A DNA stretch of 64,000 bases from an uncultured Bdellovibrio sp. GTDB taxonomy: Bacteria > Bdellovibrionota > Bdellovibrionia > Bdellovibrionales > Bdellovibrionaceae. The notes under the pieces were generated by a model. That model was not told where the DNA came from. It made no database searches and saw nothing but the letters and a program-made list of their open reading frames with translations. Below, in pieces: positions 29,523 through 39,916 of this stretch (its first letter is position 1; the number at the start of each line of letters is the position of its first letter). The DNA is taken from the NCBI GenBank assembly GCA_963932905.1, contig CAWVRN010000001.1, positions 288,001 to 352,000 of the forward strand, read 5' to 3'. The translations under genes were made by a program, and so were the position numbers.

Positions 29523-30518
29523 ATGACTAAGAAGTACGGTTTTTTGCTGTTCGTATGCTTATTGGTTGCAACGACAGACGCATTTTCTGCCACTTGGAAA
29601 CGCATTTACATTCCGGGGGCTAAATGTGGAAACGGATCTGCGTTCAGTGTATTCGTAAGGCCAAACAGTCCAGATAAGTTGCTTATTGAATTCATGGGTG
29701 GGGGGGCATGCTGGGATCAAGCTAGTTGTCTTTATCGAACTTGGATCTATCCTGTTCCCCAGTTAAACTCGTACGGCGCAATGACCGATCAAACGAATCC
29801 GTTAAATCCGTTTAAGGACAGCTCGACTATCTACATTCCTTATTGTACCGGGGATGTTTACGCGGGAGACTACACCGCGCAGTATTCGATTTCTAAGATC
29901 AACCACTGGGGTCATAAAAACGTAAGACTGGCGTTAGATCACCTTGTGAGATCTAAAATCGTCGATTTTAAAGCTTTTAATGACGTCGCGGTTTTGGGCT
30001 CGTCTGCGGGCGCTATAGGCTCGCTATTGCACGTAAAGTACATTGATGGGCTACTCAAGCCAGAGGCCCGCCGCACGCTTATAGCGGATTCTCCGGGCCT
30101 TCATTTTGGCGCTACGTTCTGGGATCGTTTTGGTACAGAAGCTAGAACTAGCTTTCAAAAGGCATTCGACGAATTAGGGCTCCGCATAGATTTTAATGAC
30201 GGTTTTATTGCACGCAAAATAGCGCCTATTCTTGACAGCTTAACGAACTGGAAAATCGGCTTTTTATATGGTGAGCGTGACGCCATCATGTCTGAGTACT
30301 TTGGACAGATTTCTAAAACCGACTACCAAAATCTATTACTTGGCGCCGAGGGAATTGTTGAAACCAGCAAGCGTTATTCTAATGTTAACGTTTGGCTATC
30401 TGACTCAGACAATCACATTTTCCTATTATTCCAAGACAAATATAATTCTAAATCCGTTGATGGTGTACCGGCTATCGGCTTTGTAAAAAACATTCACGAA
30501 TCAAACCTCGGAAATTAA
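29523..30518 (+). CDS. Secreted pectin acetylesterase-family hydrolase
   Basis: C.NGS, FMGGGACWD, YIPYCTGDV, GSSAGAIG. Confidence 0.88.
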   Translation: MTKKYGFLLFVCLLVATTDAFSATWKRIYIPGAKCGNGSAFSVFVRPNSPDKLLIEFMGGGACWDQASCLYRTWIYPVPQLNSYGAMTDQTNPLNPFKDSSTIYIPYCTGDVYAGDYTAQYSISKINHWGHKNVRLALDHLVRSKIVDFKAFNDVAVLGSSAGAIGSLLHVKYIDGLLKPEARRTLIADSPGLHFGATFWDRFGTEARTSFQKAFDELGLRIDFNDGFIARKIAPILDSLTNWKIGFLYGERDAIMSEYFGQISKTDYQNLLLGAEGIVETSKRYSNVNVWLSDSDNHIFLLFQDKYNSKSVDGVPAIGFVKNIHESNLGN

Positions 30519-30523
30519 AATTT

Positions 30524-31462
30524 ATGAAAAAAATGGCGACCATCCTCCTCTGTTTGTTAGTACTATTCATGGTAGCTCGTGTTGTTTTGAAAACTCCAAT
30601 CGGCAAACAAAAAGTCGTCGACTTCACTCCCTCGAAAAAAGAATGCGGTTCAGTGCCGGAATTTGCGGGACTGCGATATTGTGTTCATCTTCCATTATCT
30701 GGCGCTCCAAACGGTGATATCGCCTACGTACTACATGGAAAAGACCAAAATGAGTTGATGTGGAACTATGAATACTTATACGGAGCTCTGGTCCAAAAAT
30801 ACTGGGAACAAAATAGAATAGTACCCCCTACAGTTGTTTCGATTTCTTTTGGTCCCGTATGGTTGCTAAGCCCCAAGGGTACTTTACCTGACAGCGGTCT
30901 AATGGATTTATTTGTAGATAGAGTTATTCCTATGATCGAAAGCAAAATTGGTAAACCCCAGAACCGTCTTGTGTTTGGCGCTTCGATGGGTGGCATGAAC
31001 TCGCTGAGTTTGGGTTTGTTACACGGAAACCTTTTTAAACGCGTTGGAGCTGTGTGTCCGGTGATGTACATGGAGACTCCGTATTCGAACCTATCTGAAA
31101 TGAAAACTTTTCTTCAAAGTACAGGTGCTGAACCCTACAACATAATGATAGCTATCGCCCTCAGTCGTCGCTATTTTTCTAACAAAGACGAATGGGATCA
31201 ATTCGCGCCATTAAGCTTAATAAATCGCGAGAATATTCAATACAATACAAAGTTTTATTTGAGCGGTGCTCTTTATGACGAATGGGGAGTCTTCCGCGCT
31301 GAAGAAACGTTTGTTGAAAAAGCCCAAGCTAAAGGCGTTTCCGTCGAATGGCACCCGCAATTTGGCCCGCACTGTGTTGTGGACGTGGGCACTTTAGCTG
31401 AGTTTTTAGTTGCCGATCATCGGATCGTCCGCGAGTTAAAAAAAATCACCGCTCAAAAATAA
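30524..31462 (+). CDS. Exported esterase (alpha/beta hydrolase)
   Basis: YVLHG, GASMGG, D...GPHC. Confidence 0.85.
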   Translation: MKKMATILLCLLVLFMVARVVLKTPIGKQKVVDFTPSKKECGSVPEFAGLRYCVHLPLSGAPNGDIAYVLHGKDQNELMWNYEYLYGALVQKYWEQNRIVPPTVVSISFGPVWLLSPKGTLPDSGLMDLFVDRVIPMIESKIGKPQNRLVFGASMGGMNSLSLGLLHGNLFKRVGAVCPVMYMETPYSNLSEMKTFLQSTGAEPYNIMIAIALSRRYFSNKDEWDQFAPLSLINRENIQYNTKFYLSGALYDEWGVFRAEETFVEKAQAKGVSVEWHPQFGPHCVVDVGTLAEFLVADHRIVRELKKITAQK

Positions 31463-31671
31463 AAGTTATTGTTGGTGGGTATCAAACCCAACGTTGTTTT
31501 TGAACTTGGGCATCTAAACTTGTGTTCTTTAGTAACCGAGGAACTAGGACGCCTTTATGTGCGCTAGTTCCTTGATATCGTTTCGCCGGCACTGGAATTT
31601 TTTATGAACAGATCAATTTTACTGTCAAATTGACGCTCAGAAAAACAGTCTGATGGCGGTATCTAAAAAAC

Positions 31672-33741
31672 CTATTTTTGATAAAACCATAAACACTTGT
31701 TGGGCAAGTTTCTCTTGGTTAAGTTTTCATAGTATAATTCACCCATCCCTTGAGGAGAGAACGCAATTTGCGCATCTGGCTTAGCTAGGAGCTTAATTCT
31801 TTTCGGAAAAACGGCATTCATTGCTACTCTCATAGCTGCCCGCACGGGTTTCTTGATCGTCAAAGGGACATTAGTTGTCACACTTCCACTTAACGACCCA
31901 TCTACGAATGCATATCTTACAGCAGAGGCTTTGTACGGTGAACTTTCTAAGCTTTTTACGGCTTCTTCATAAACGTCAATTGGAAATGCGATCCCCTTTA
32001 GGCCCTCTTCAGTAGTTTGCTGAGGTAAAATTCCAGCTGATTCAAGAACTCGACGCGCCAATGTTGCGCAATTACATGTTTTAACATCGTAGCCAATCTT
32101 TTTAGCTTGGAATTCTTTCTCGATCGCATCGAACTCTGTTTGCATTTTTTGTAGTACGTTTTCCGGAACGCCGTTGTATCGGATACCGATTGATTCGCGA
32201 CCATAGGCCTGGCCGTTAACACCCATAAAACCATAGTTTTCAAAGATTTCGGGCCGCGCCTGAGTCGAATACAAGTATTCCGCTAATGAGCTTTGTTCAT
32301 GTAACCGACCTTCGCCAATTTTTGATCGGTAATTAACTGTGTACACTTTATCTTTAATACGGATAGCGATGTGACCAAATGGATTTGAATCTCCACCTAA
32401 GTCTAAATATCGACCGTTTTTAGATAGTGGATAACCCAATATAATTTCAAAATTGGACGGATAGTCATTATTTAATTGATTTAGTGTTTCAAATTGCCTT
32501 TTCACTTCGCGACCACCGAACGTACCAAGAGGCGCTATTTCCACTCCATCTTTTGGTCCCGTCAAATCAGATGTTAAAGCCGCTTCTGATATGCGATCTA
32601 GGCCTGCTGCACTGGCAAAATCTTGTTGTCTCCGAGTCATCTGTTCGATCCCGACTTTGTCGGCGCTTAATTTAGCAACTAGGGCACCGACCTGCGAGGC
32701 ATCTGTTGTATTCAGTGACATTCCATTTTTAGAAAAGAATTCTGAGTGCGCGCGCTCGTGGCCCTTATACTCATCGACGATAATCATTGGTTTGTTGAGT
32801 AACGCACCTTCAGCCGGAGAAAGGCCGCCACCTTTAGTAATGAAAACATCGGCCATTTTGATACCCGCAATTACTTTTTCACGAGGTACGAAACCATACA
32901 GATTTATTTTTACTCGGCTAGGAGCTGTTTTAGCAAAATCTTCGACCGCTTTATAAGCCTCTGGTGGGCGGCCGGTGAAAACATTAAATTCCAGTTCGCC
33001 GGGATTATCGCGAATGATAGATTGCAATATTTTAACGTTATCTTTAAGCCCTTCTTTTCCTCCCATCATCGTTACAAGCAACGCGCCGGGTTTTCTAGGT
33101 GGCAAATCGGCCGCCACTATTTTTGAAACTGGTAGTGGCACTAAAGCCAGTTGAACTTTTTCCGGTGGAACACCATATTCAGTCCAGTAATTAATTTGGG
33201 AAGCATGAGGAACAAATGTCATGTCCACGCGGTGTGAAATCCGCGGGAAGAAATGCTCAAGATAGTCTGTAAATACCCAGATTATCTTAGTTTTCATATT
33301 GGCTTTTTCACGTGCATTAGACAAAGCGATGGCGCTACCGTAATGGGTCGCGATTATGGAATCTGGGTTGACTTGTTTAAGCCATTCAATAATCCCATCC
33401 ACATTGTAATTGTTAGCGCCCGCAAATTTAGAAAAATTCACAACAGACTGACCGTTGTGAATGAATCTGTCAAAGGCCCACTCGAGGACATTAGGGGCGT
33501 TTTTTACAACCCACCAGTAAGTTTTACGATCGACAGCTTCTGTTTTAGGATTCATGAAGTCTCGAATATTTTTGCGAATGACTTTTACGGTTGGATCTTT
33601 GGCCTCTAAATCTTCTTTGATGGCCTGAGCCGCGATTTCGTGACCCGAACCCATCGATGATTCAAAAATCACTACAGTCTTTGCAATTGAATTTAGACCG
33701 ACAAAAATAAACGCTATGGATAATACGCTCTTGATAGACAT
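31672..33741 (-). CDS. Signal peptide + UgtP/MGDG-synthase-like glycosyltransferase + C-terminal permuted papain-like domain
   Basis: SSMGSGHEIAAQAI, IIATHY, VFTDY, MGGKEG, YGFV, ADVFITKGGGLS.AE, GHE; then NPFGHIAIRI and YDVKTCNCAT; ends CLWFYQK. Confidence 0.8.
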   Translation of the reverse strand: MSIKSVLSIAFIFVGLNSIAKTVVIFESSMGSGHEIAAQAIKEDLEAKDPTVKVIRKNIRDFMNPKTEAVDRKTYWWVVKNAPNVLEWAFDRFIHNGQSVVNFSKFAGANNYNVDGIIEWLKQVNPDSIIATHYGSAIALSNAREKANMKTKIIWVFTDYLEHFFPRISHRVDMTFVPHASQINYWTEYGVPPEKVQLALVPLPVSKIVAADLPPRKPGALLVTMMGGKEGLKDNVKILQSIIRDNPGELEFNVFTGRPPEAYKAVEDFAKTAPSRVKINLYGFVPREKVIAGIKMADVFITKGGGLSPAEGALLNKPMIIVDEYKGHERAHSEFFSKNGMSLNTTDASQVGALVAKLSADKVGIEQMTRRQQDFASAAGLDRISEAALTSDLTGPKDGVEIAPLGTFGGREVKRQFETLNQLNNDYPSNFEIILGYPLSKNGRYLDLGGDSNPFGHIAIRIKDKVYTVNYRSKIGEGRLHEQSSLAEYLYSTQARPEIFENYGFMGVNGQAYGRESIGIRYNGVPENVLQKMQTEFDAIEKEFQAKKIGYDVKTCNCATLARRVLESAGILPQQTTEEGLKGIAFPIDVYEEAVKSLESSPYKASAVRYAFVDGSLSGSVTTNVPLTIKKPVRAAMRVAMNAVFPKRIKLLAKPDAQIAFSPQGMGELYYENLTKRNLPNKCLWFYQK

Positions 33742-34122
33742 TTGATTTTCATATTCGCTGAATTTTAGGTGGGATTAATTTCCCAAATAACCTACCAACG
33801 ATCCTGTTGTACACACAATATAGAATTTTCAAAAAAATTCCACTGTAGAGAAATAGACAATCGAAGGTTTTACCTGTCAAAAATATTCACAGCCTTTGAT
33901 GGGTTAATTTGTTTACACGTGTTTTTTTTGAACCTGTGACAAAAAAAGTCTTTTTTCTTAGTTTTGGGAAGAAAAATTCTGAAAAAAAATCTGGGCATTT
34001 TAAACAATTTTTTCGAAATTTCGACCGGTAAAGAAGAAATGTTTTGCATCCTGGGTACCATCGAGAAATCGATTTTACGTCATATGTTGTAAAATCGGTT
34101 AGAATCTACTATGTGTTTACTT

Positions 34123-35076
34123 ATGAAAAAAACAATTCTCATTTTAATCTTGATACTATTTCCGCTAATCGGACTCGTTCTGAGTCTGACTATCTATTCT
34201 CCCGCATACGACGTTACTCATTTTATGAGTCGAAAGTTGTCTCTAGAGGTGAATCTGCAAAAACCTGAAATAAATTTGGCAACCATTAGGCCTGGGACTG
34301 AGCAGATGATTCGCTGGAAGGACACCAAAAAGCAAGATGAACGTGAGTACGCTTTTGTATACATACACGGATTTACCGGCCATAGAGGTGAAATTTCACC
34401 TCTTATTGAAGATATCCAAGACCAGTTTGATGCAAATTTGTTTTTCGCTCGTCTCGCTGGCCACGGCATTGAGGGAAAAACAATTCGCGCAGCCACCATT
34501 ACCGATTGGTTTACTAATATCGATCAGACTTATGCTTTTGCCAAACGATTAGGGAAAAAAAGAGTTTACGTAGGCGCATCCACCGGCGCAGGTATGGCCA
34601 TGCTATTGACAGAGAAGTACGATCCTCAAAGCTGCTTAGTTCTGTTGTCGCCAAACTTCGGTTTAAGTAGCGAACTTACAATGCTTGGTACGGGGCCACT
34701 CGGCTATGTGATAACAAGTTTGTTTGTGGGCAATAGCGCCTCGGACTATGTGACGCTCTACCCAAGCGAAGAGGAAAGCCTGGTATCCACACGAATAGAT
34801 GGAAATAGCCTAAATCAGTTTTTAGAACTGACAAAAATTTTCAAGCAGTATAATTACGAAAATTATGAAAATCCCGTTCTAATGCTTTATTCAAAAGAAG
34901 ATACTGTTATTGATCCTGGTGCTGTCGAGCGTGTGTTTAGAAGCTTAAAAAAGAACCCCAACAATCAGATATACAATGTTGGCACCGGTCATCTTTTATT
35001 TGAAAAAGATGACACGACCGCACTGCAAGATACAAAACAAAAGATTATTAGCTTTATTCAAAAGAACTGTCAGTAG
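34123..35076 (+). CDS. Membrane-anchored alpha/beta hydrolase
   Basis: YIHGF, RLAGHG, GASTGA, DTVID, GH. Confidence 0.85.
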   Translation: MKKTILILILILFPLIGLVLSLTIYSPAYDVTHFMSRKLSLEVNLQKPEINLATIRPGTEQMIRWKDTKKQDEREYAFVYIHGFTGHRGEISPLIEDIQDQFDANLFFARLAGHGIEGKTIRAATITDWFTNIDQTYAFAKRLGKKRVYVGASTGAGMAMLLTEKYDPQSCLVLLSPNFGLSSELTMLGTGPLGYVITSLFVGNSASDYVTLYPSEEESLVSTRIDGNSLNQFLELTKIFKQYNYENYENPVLMLYSKEDTVIDPGAVERVFRSLKKNPNNQIYNVGTGHLLFEKDDTTALQDTKQKIISFIQKNCQ

Positions 35077-35085
35077 GACGGCAAA

Positions 35086-36552
35086 CTATTGTGCTTTAGA
35101 TAAAGTATAAAATCTCAAGCACATGTTAATAGGTGTACGCTTTCTAAACTGTTTCACATAAGATGGATTCTCTTTACGTACTTTATCAATCAATTTATAG
35201 ATTTCTTTTGGCGACATCGGCACACCGTATTTTTCGTAGTGTTCTTTGTATGCAGGCGCTATCGCTTTCCTCATTTTAGTCACGTAGAGCATAGACGCGG
35301 CTAAGAGCGCTAAATTTTTGGGTTTGATTTCTGTATTTAAATGCATTCCTAGCATGCTCATAATCCTATTAATATATGGTCTCCCTGCAAGACCCACAAC
35401 AAAACGGGCAAATTGATCATGTAACGGACCAGGGACAAATTCCAAGTTTTCCGTTCGTAACCAGAAAAACATTTTATCCACAATCAAGTCGTTTAAACGG
35501 GCTGCTGGGGTTAACTTCGGATTGCGATATTCGTAAATCAGGTGGAATGTCGAATCTAAATCGATATCCGTCGGTGCAAAAGTGTACTTGCTTGCCTTCG
35601 GAATACTCAGGCCTTCGAGGTACCCTCCATTTTTATGCAACAGGCGGCTGGGAAACTCAGGAATTACTTCTTTCTGCTGAATAGAATTGTATGCCCAAGA
35701 AACAAACTTAGAACAATAGTATTTGCAATTTTCTTTGAGACCCATGGATAGGTCGTACTGCAGTGGCTTCCCAATACGAATACCCTCTTCAAATTTCTCG
35801 TTCCCGAAGTTTCCTGCCATTCTTCCCAGTTCAGAATTTTTTGGACGATATACAGCCACGCGAACCATATTTTCAAAAAATGCCGGCGTAAGTTCTGTCT
35901 TCTTAAATCCGGTATTCAAAGTCGACTCTACGACATATTTCTTATTGGTGACGGGGTCAGCGTAAACCAATGCCATATGTGAATATGTCAATGGCGCGTC
36001 CCCAATCCGTGAAATCATAGCGCCTAGAAACAACAGGGTTCTAACTATTATGATATCTCCTGTTTTTAACGATTCGATGGAACCATCAAAGTCATGGCCT
36101 TTGGTAGAAAACGCGGTGAGGTTTGTAAACGGCAAGAGCATTTTGTCTTTTGGTTTTGTAGGTAAGGTATTATAAATTTGTTCATACAAGTAGTCTTCTA
36201 GGTATCGAATGCTCGATATCACTGTCTTTACGTCCTCAGCAATATCGTCCCGGCCAGCATAGTCGATGGGCAAACCATTTAGCGACGATTGCAGCATTAA
36301 TTTAATTGTGTGGAGTTTGGTGACGGTTTCTAGTGCTTTTGTTTTTTCCAGCTCCAAATCTAGGTCGAGCGGATTGACGTTAAAAAGTTCGGATTTAATA
36401 GAAGTTAACGAAGCCATCAAGTGAGAATAATCACCCGTCGAATTTTTTATGCGAGTCTCTACTGAATTCAGTGTCGACATCAAATCTATAGACGCCGCAT
36501 TCAGGGCGCTTAAGTTAACTAGCAATAGCAAAGACAGCAAAAGTTTCTTCAT
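35086..36552 (-). CDS. Secreted YiiX/YebB-like permuted papain (N1pC/P60) enzyme
   Basis: LKTGDIIIVR, ISRIGD, YSHMALVY, YDLSM, YYCSKFV; signal peptide from MKKLLL (36552); C-terminal CLRFY. Confidence 0.85.
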   Translation of the reverse strand: MKKLLLSLLLLVNLSALNAASIDLMSTLNSVETRIKNSTGDYSHLMASLTSIKSELFNVNPLDLDLELEKTKALETVTKLHTIKLMLQSSLNGLPIDYAGRDDIAEDVKTVISSIRYLEDYLYEQIYNTLPTKPKDKMLLPFTNLTAFSTKGHDFDGSIESLKTGDIIIVRTLLFLGAMISRIGDAPLTYSHMALVYADPVTNKKYVVESTLNTGFKKTELTPAFFENMVRVAVYRPKNSELGRMAGNFGNEKFEEGIRIGKPLQYDLSMGLKENCKYYCSKFVSWAYNSIQQKEVIPEFPSRLLHKNGGYLEGLSIPKASKYTFAPTDIDLDSTFHLIYEYRNPKLTPAARLNDLIVDKMFFWLRTENLEFVPGPLHDQFARFVVGLAGRPYINRIMSMLGMHLNTEIKPKNLALLAASMLYVTKMRKAIAPAYKEHYEKYGVPMSPKEIYKLIDKVRKENPSYVKQFRKRTPINMCLRFYTLSKAQ

Positions 36553-36761
36553 AGGTCTCATGTAATATACATCCAAAGCGGAAATCGAATACTATCAACA
36601 TTTTATACTGAAAATACTCGCTGTTAGCCGACTATACAGTACTGAATTTTTTGCAAAATTAGCCGTTTAAATAGCCCAATTTTGAATTGGCAAAACCATT
36701 GACTTGTCAGCTCGAACTCTTCTAATTTAGCTTCTTCGCGAAACGATTAGGGAGAAAGTTT

Positions 36762-37976
36762 ATGACAAGCATTTGGATACTCATCTTGGGACTTTTTTTA
36801 GTGCTCAATGGACACACCGAGGCCTTTTGGTGGGGTATTTCAACGGCTCCCTACCAGACAGAAGACCCTGCGGTAAAAGGCGGTGACCCTAATTTTTTTA
36901 AAACAGACTGGGATTTATTCTACGACGCTGGAAAATTAAAAGAAGCCAAAGGCGATGGTGTTTTCAGCTACACGGAATACAAGCGCGATATTCAGAAACT
37001 AAAAGAACTAGGGATGACCCATTACCGCTTTGGAATAGAGTGGGCTCGGATCGAGCCCACAATGGGCAAATACAATTTAGAGGCATTGGCCCATTATAAA
37101 AAAATAATTCTTGAGCTAAAGAAAAACGGGATTACACCTATTATTTGTTTATGGCACTGGTCCTTTCCTTCGTGGGGTTTTGATGTCAAGGACGGTTCTA
37201 CATTTGGCTGGCTAAATGATAATGTAAAAAAACGATGGCCGGATTTCGTAACCTTGGTCGTAAAAGAATTCAAAGACGAGATCTTTTATTACGCTCCACA
37301 AAATGAGCCCAATGCACAAAGCCTCGCGGGTTTCTTTTTAGGCACCTTTCCGCCTGGTGAAAAATACTCGCTGAGGTTATTTCGTAATCATGTCGATAGA
37401 GCTGCCGATGCATTTATCGTAGCAGCCAAAATTATTAGGACAATTTCACCAAATGCCAAAATTATGTCTGTCCAAAATATGATTAATTGGGAAAAAGCAT
37501 GGTGGGATTTCGCTAGCTATTTTTACGATATCGGCCAGGAATTTAATTATCATCACTTAGATCGAATTAAAGATTATATCGATATTCTAGGCTTCAACTA
37601 TTACTATCGGGTGAAAGCAAGTCCAATCCCGAACCCCAGAATTATCGATCCTGAAGGCTTGGGCACAATCATGCTAGCCCTTACTGAAAAATACAAAAAA
37701 CCGTTATTGCTTACTGAGAACGGATGGGCTGATGACAAAGGCGATGTGAAGAAGGACTATTTCTTAAAGCATGTAGCTGTCGCAAAAAAAATGAGGGACC
37801 AGGTGGGGCTCATGGGCTACTTTTACTGGAGTTTGATTGACAATTACGAATGGGCATCTGGTTACAAAGAAAAATTTGGAATGTATAAGATGAACCCAAA
37901 GGACCGTTCGTTAGTACCATACGACATGGTGGATGTGGTTAAAAAAACAATTGCCGACGACGCAACGAAAAAATGA
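36762..37976 (+). CDS. Secreted glycoside hydrolase family 1
   Basis: WGISTAPYQTE, YRFGIEWARIEP, NEP acid/base, TENG nucleophile, WSLIDNYEW..GY..KFG. Confidence 0.93.
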   Translation: MTSIWILILGLFLVLNGHTEAFWWGISTAPYQTEDPAVKGGDPNFFKTDWDLFYDAGKLKEAKGDGVFSYTEYKRDIQKLKELGMTHYRFGIEWARIEPTMGKYNLEALAHYKKIILELKKNGITPIICLWHWSFPSWGFDVKDGSTFGWLNDNVKKRWPDFVTLVVKEFKDEIFYYAPQNEPNAQSLAGFFLGTFPPGEKYSLRLFRNHVDRAADAFIVAAKIIRTISPNAKIMSVQNMINWEKAWWDFASYFYDIGQEFNYHHLDRIKDYIDILGFNYYYRVKASPIPNPRIIDPEGLGTIMLALTEKYKKPLLLTENGWADDKGDVKKDYFLKHVAVAKKMRDQVGLMGYFYWSLIDNYEWASGYKEKFGMYKMNPKDRSLVPYDMVDVVKKTIADDATKK

Positions 37977-38298
37977 AGCTTACCGCGTAACCCGCGCGCA
38001 GTTTTATTGGCACCGGTGTTCCGAAGTTGATTTTCGTATAGATTCAGTCTTCGATAAAAGGTCTTCCTCCATATTTAGGTAAATAAGTTTGGCTCAATTA
38101 AATTCCAAGCTATGACAACAGCGCAATGGCGATTGTGATTAAGAAGGGAAACCTAAACAAGATCGAAATATTTTTGGATGTACTAAGGACGACAATCCTC
38201 GCAAGGACTTATTTTTCCTTATTTTTTCGAATATTTAGTTGCCCATCAGAAGGCCGTTTGCTAATCCTCGGGTGGCTTAAAAGTCCTGAGGGGGAATA

Positions 38299-39834
38299 AT
38301 GTCTGAATGGGTAAATAAGAAATTTAAAGGTAAAGAGTATTTCGGTCATCCGGCTGGTCTCTTTGTATTGTTCATGGCCGAGATGTGGGAGCGTATGTCC
38401 TACTACGGGATGCGCGCACTACTAACATTATACATGATCAAGTATTTGATGGTGGATCCTGAAAGAGCCGCTCGTGTACTTGGCTTTGATACCTTAAAAT
38501 ACATTTTAGAAACTGGATTTGGTCCGATGGCGGCTCAGCAGTTTGCGTCTCAGATTTATGGATTGTACACAGGCTTCGTATATTTATCTCCTTATTTTGG
38601 TGGTATCTTGGCTGACCGTGTTTGGGGTCGTCGTAAGAGTGTGTATGTGGGCGGTGCTTTAATGGCGATCGGTCACTTCTTGATGGCGTTCGAGAATTTA
38701 TTTGTCCCAGCTCTATTTTTCCTAATCCTGGGTAACGGTGCTTTCAAACCGAATATTTCAACTCAAGTGGGTTCATTGTACGCTGAAGGTGATAGCCGTC
38801 GTGATGGGGCCTTCACTATCTTCTACATGGGTATCAACTTAGGCGCCTTCTTCTCGCCTTTCCTGTGCAAAAACTTTGCGGTCGCTTTGTGTGGCTGGCT
38901 GGGCGTTACTGACCCAGGCACGCCATGGCACGTGGGTTTTGGTTTAGCAGGAATCGGTATGTTGATCGGCTTGTTGATGTACCACTTAGGTCGCACGTTA
39001 TTGCCACCTGAAAACTTAACTAACTTGGCACCAGTTGAAAAACGCTCTGGCATCCTTTGGAAAACAGTGGGTGCATTGTTAGCTTCAATGGGTGGATTCA
39101 TTTTAATCCTTATGATTCCAATGACATTCAAATTGATTTTGATAGCAGGTATTGTCGCGGCTGTTGTTTGGGGTATCAAGCAAGTATCAAATGAAATGGA
39201 TCGTAAAAAAGTGGCGGCGCTTGTAATTCTTTGTATGGGTACTGTGTTCTTTTGGGCGATCTTTGAACAACAAGGCAATACTCTGCAAATCTGGGCAGAT
39301 GAAAAAGCGGATTGGGCTCGTTTAGGTTTGCAAGCAGAGAACTACCAAGCTTTGAATCCAATGTTCATCTTCATCTTTGCTCCGTTGTTAGACATGTGGT
39401 GGAATTTCCGTTCACGTCGTGGCAGCAAAAGCAGCTCAGTTAGAAAAATGGCTGTGGGCTGTTTCTTAATTGGATTTGCGTTTTTAACGATCCCATTAGC
39501 CTCTAATTTCATCACTATCGATAAATCATTAACAAACTTAATGTGGCTGTCGTTAGCAACGTTGATTGTAACGATGGGTGAATTGTACTTATCGCCTATC
39601 GGTCTAAGCTTTGTAACAAAAGTAGCTCCGGCGCGTTTCATGTCTATGATGATGGGTATGTGGTTAGCCTCTTCATTCCTTGGCAATTACTTGGCTGGAT
39701 TATTGGGAACATTCTACAGCTCGATGTCGCAAAATTCGTTCTTCATGATGTTCGCAGTTTTAGGTTGCGGAATCGGTGCGTTCTTTTTAATTGCCGACTC
39801 TAAACTTAAAGAAGTCATTGGCAAAGACGTTTAA
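38299..39834 (+). CDS. Proton-dependent oligopeptide (POT/PTR) transporter
   Basis: GHPAGL, EMWERMSYYGMR, FKPNIS, FYMGINLGA, GELYLSPIGLS. Confidence 0.96.
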   Translation: MSEWVNKKFKGKEYFGHPAGLFVLFMAEMWERMSYYGMRALLTLYMIKYLMVDPERAARVLGFDTLKYILETGFGPMAAQQFASQIYGLYTGFVYLSPYFGGILADRVWGRRKSVYVGGALMAIGHFLMAFENLFVPALFFLILGNGAFKPNISTQVGSLYAEGDSRRDGAFTIFYMGINLGAFFSPFLCKNFAVALCGWLGVTDPGTPWHVGFGLAGIGMLIGLLMYHLGRTLLPPENLTNLAPVEKRSGILWKTVGALLASMGGFILILMIPMTFKLILIAGIVAAVVWGIKQVSNEMDRKKVAALVILCMGTVFFWAIFEQQGNTLQIWADEKADWARLGLQAENYQALNPMFIFIFAPLLDMWWNFRSRRGSKSSSVRKMAVGCFLIGFAFLTIPLASNFITIDKSLTNLMWLSLATLIVTMGELYLSPIGLSFVTKVAPARFMSMMMGMWLASSFLGNYLAGLLGTFYSSMSQNSFFMMFAVLGCGIGAFFLIADSKLKEVIGKDV

Positions 39835-39916
39835 ACTGAAACGTTTAGTAAAAGACGTCTAATTTTCTAAAAGTTATTTGAAACGAATTGTGCATTCTAC
39901 TAGTGTAGAATGCACA

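Noticed and set aside
33791..33798. Isolated CCTACCAA
   Set aside because: One copy without a core; plausible by chance.
38266..38291. Hairpin overlapping the POT transporter RBS
   Set aside because: A TTGCCC-17-TAATCC promoter would start transcription inside the stem, so it probably does not form in RNA.
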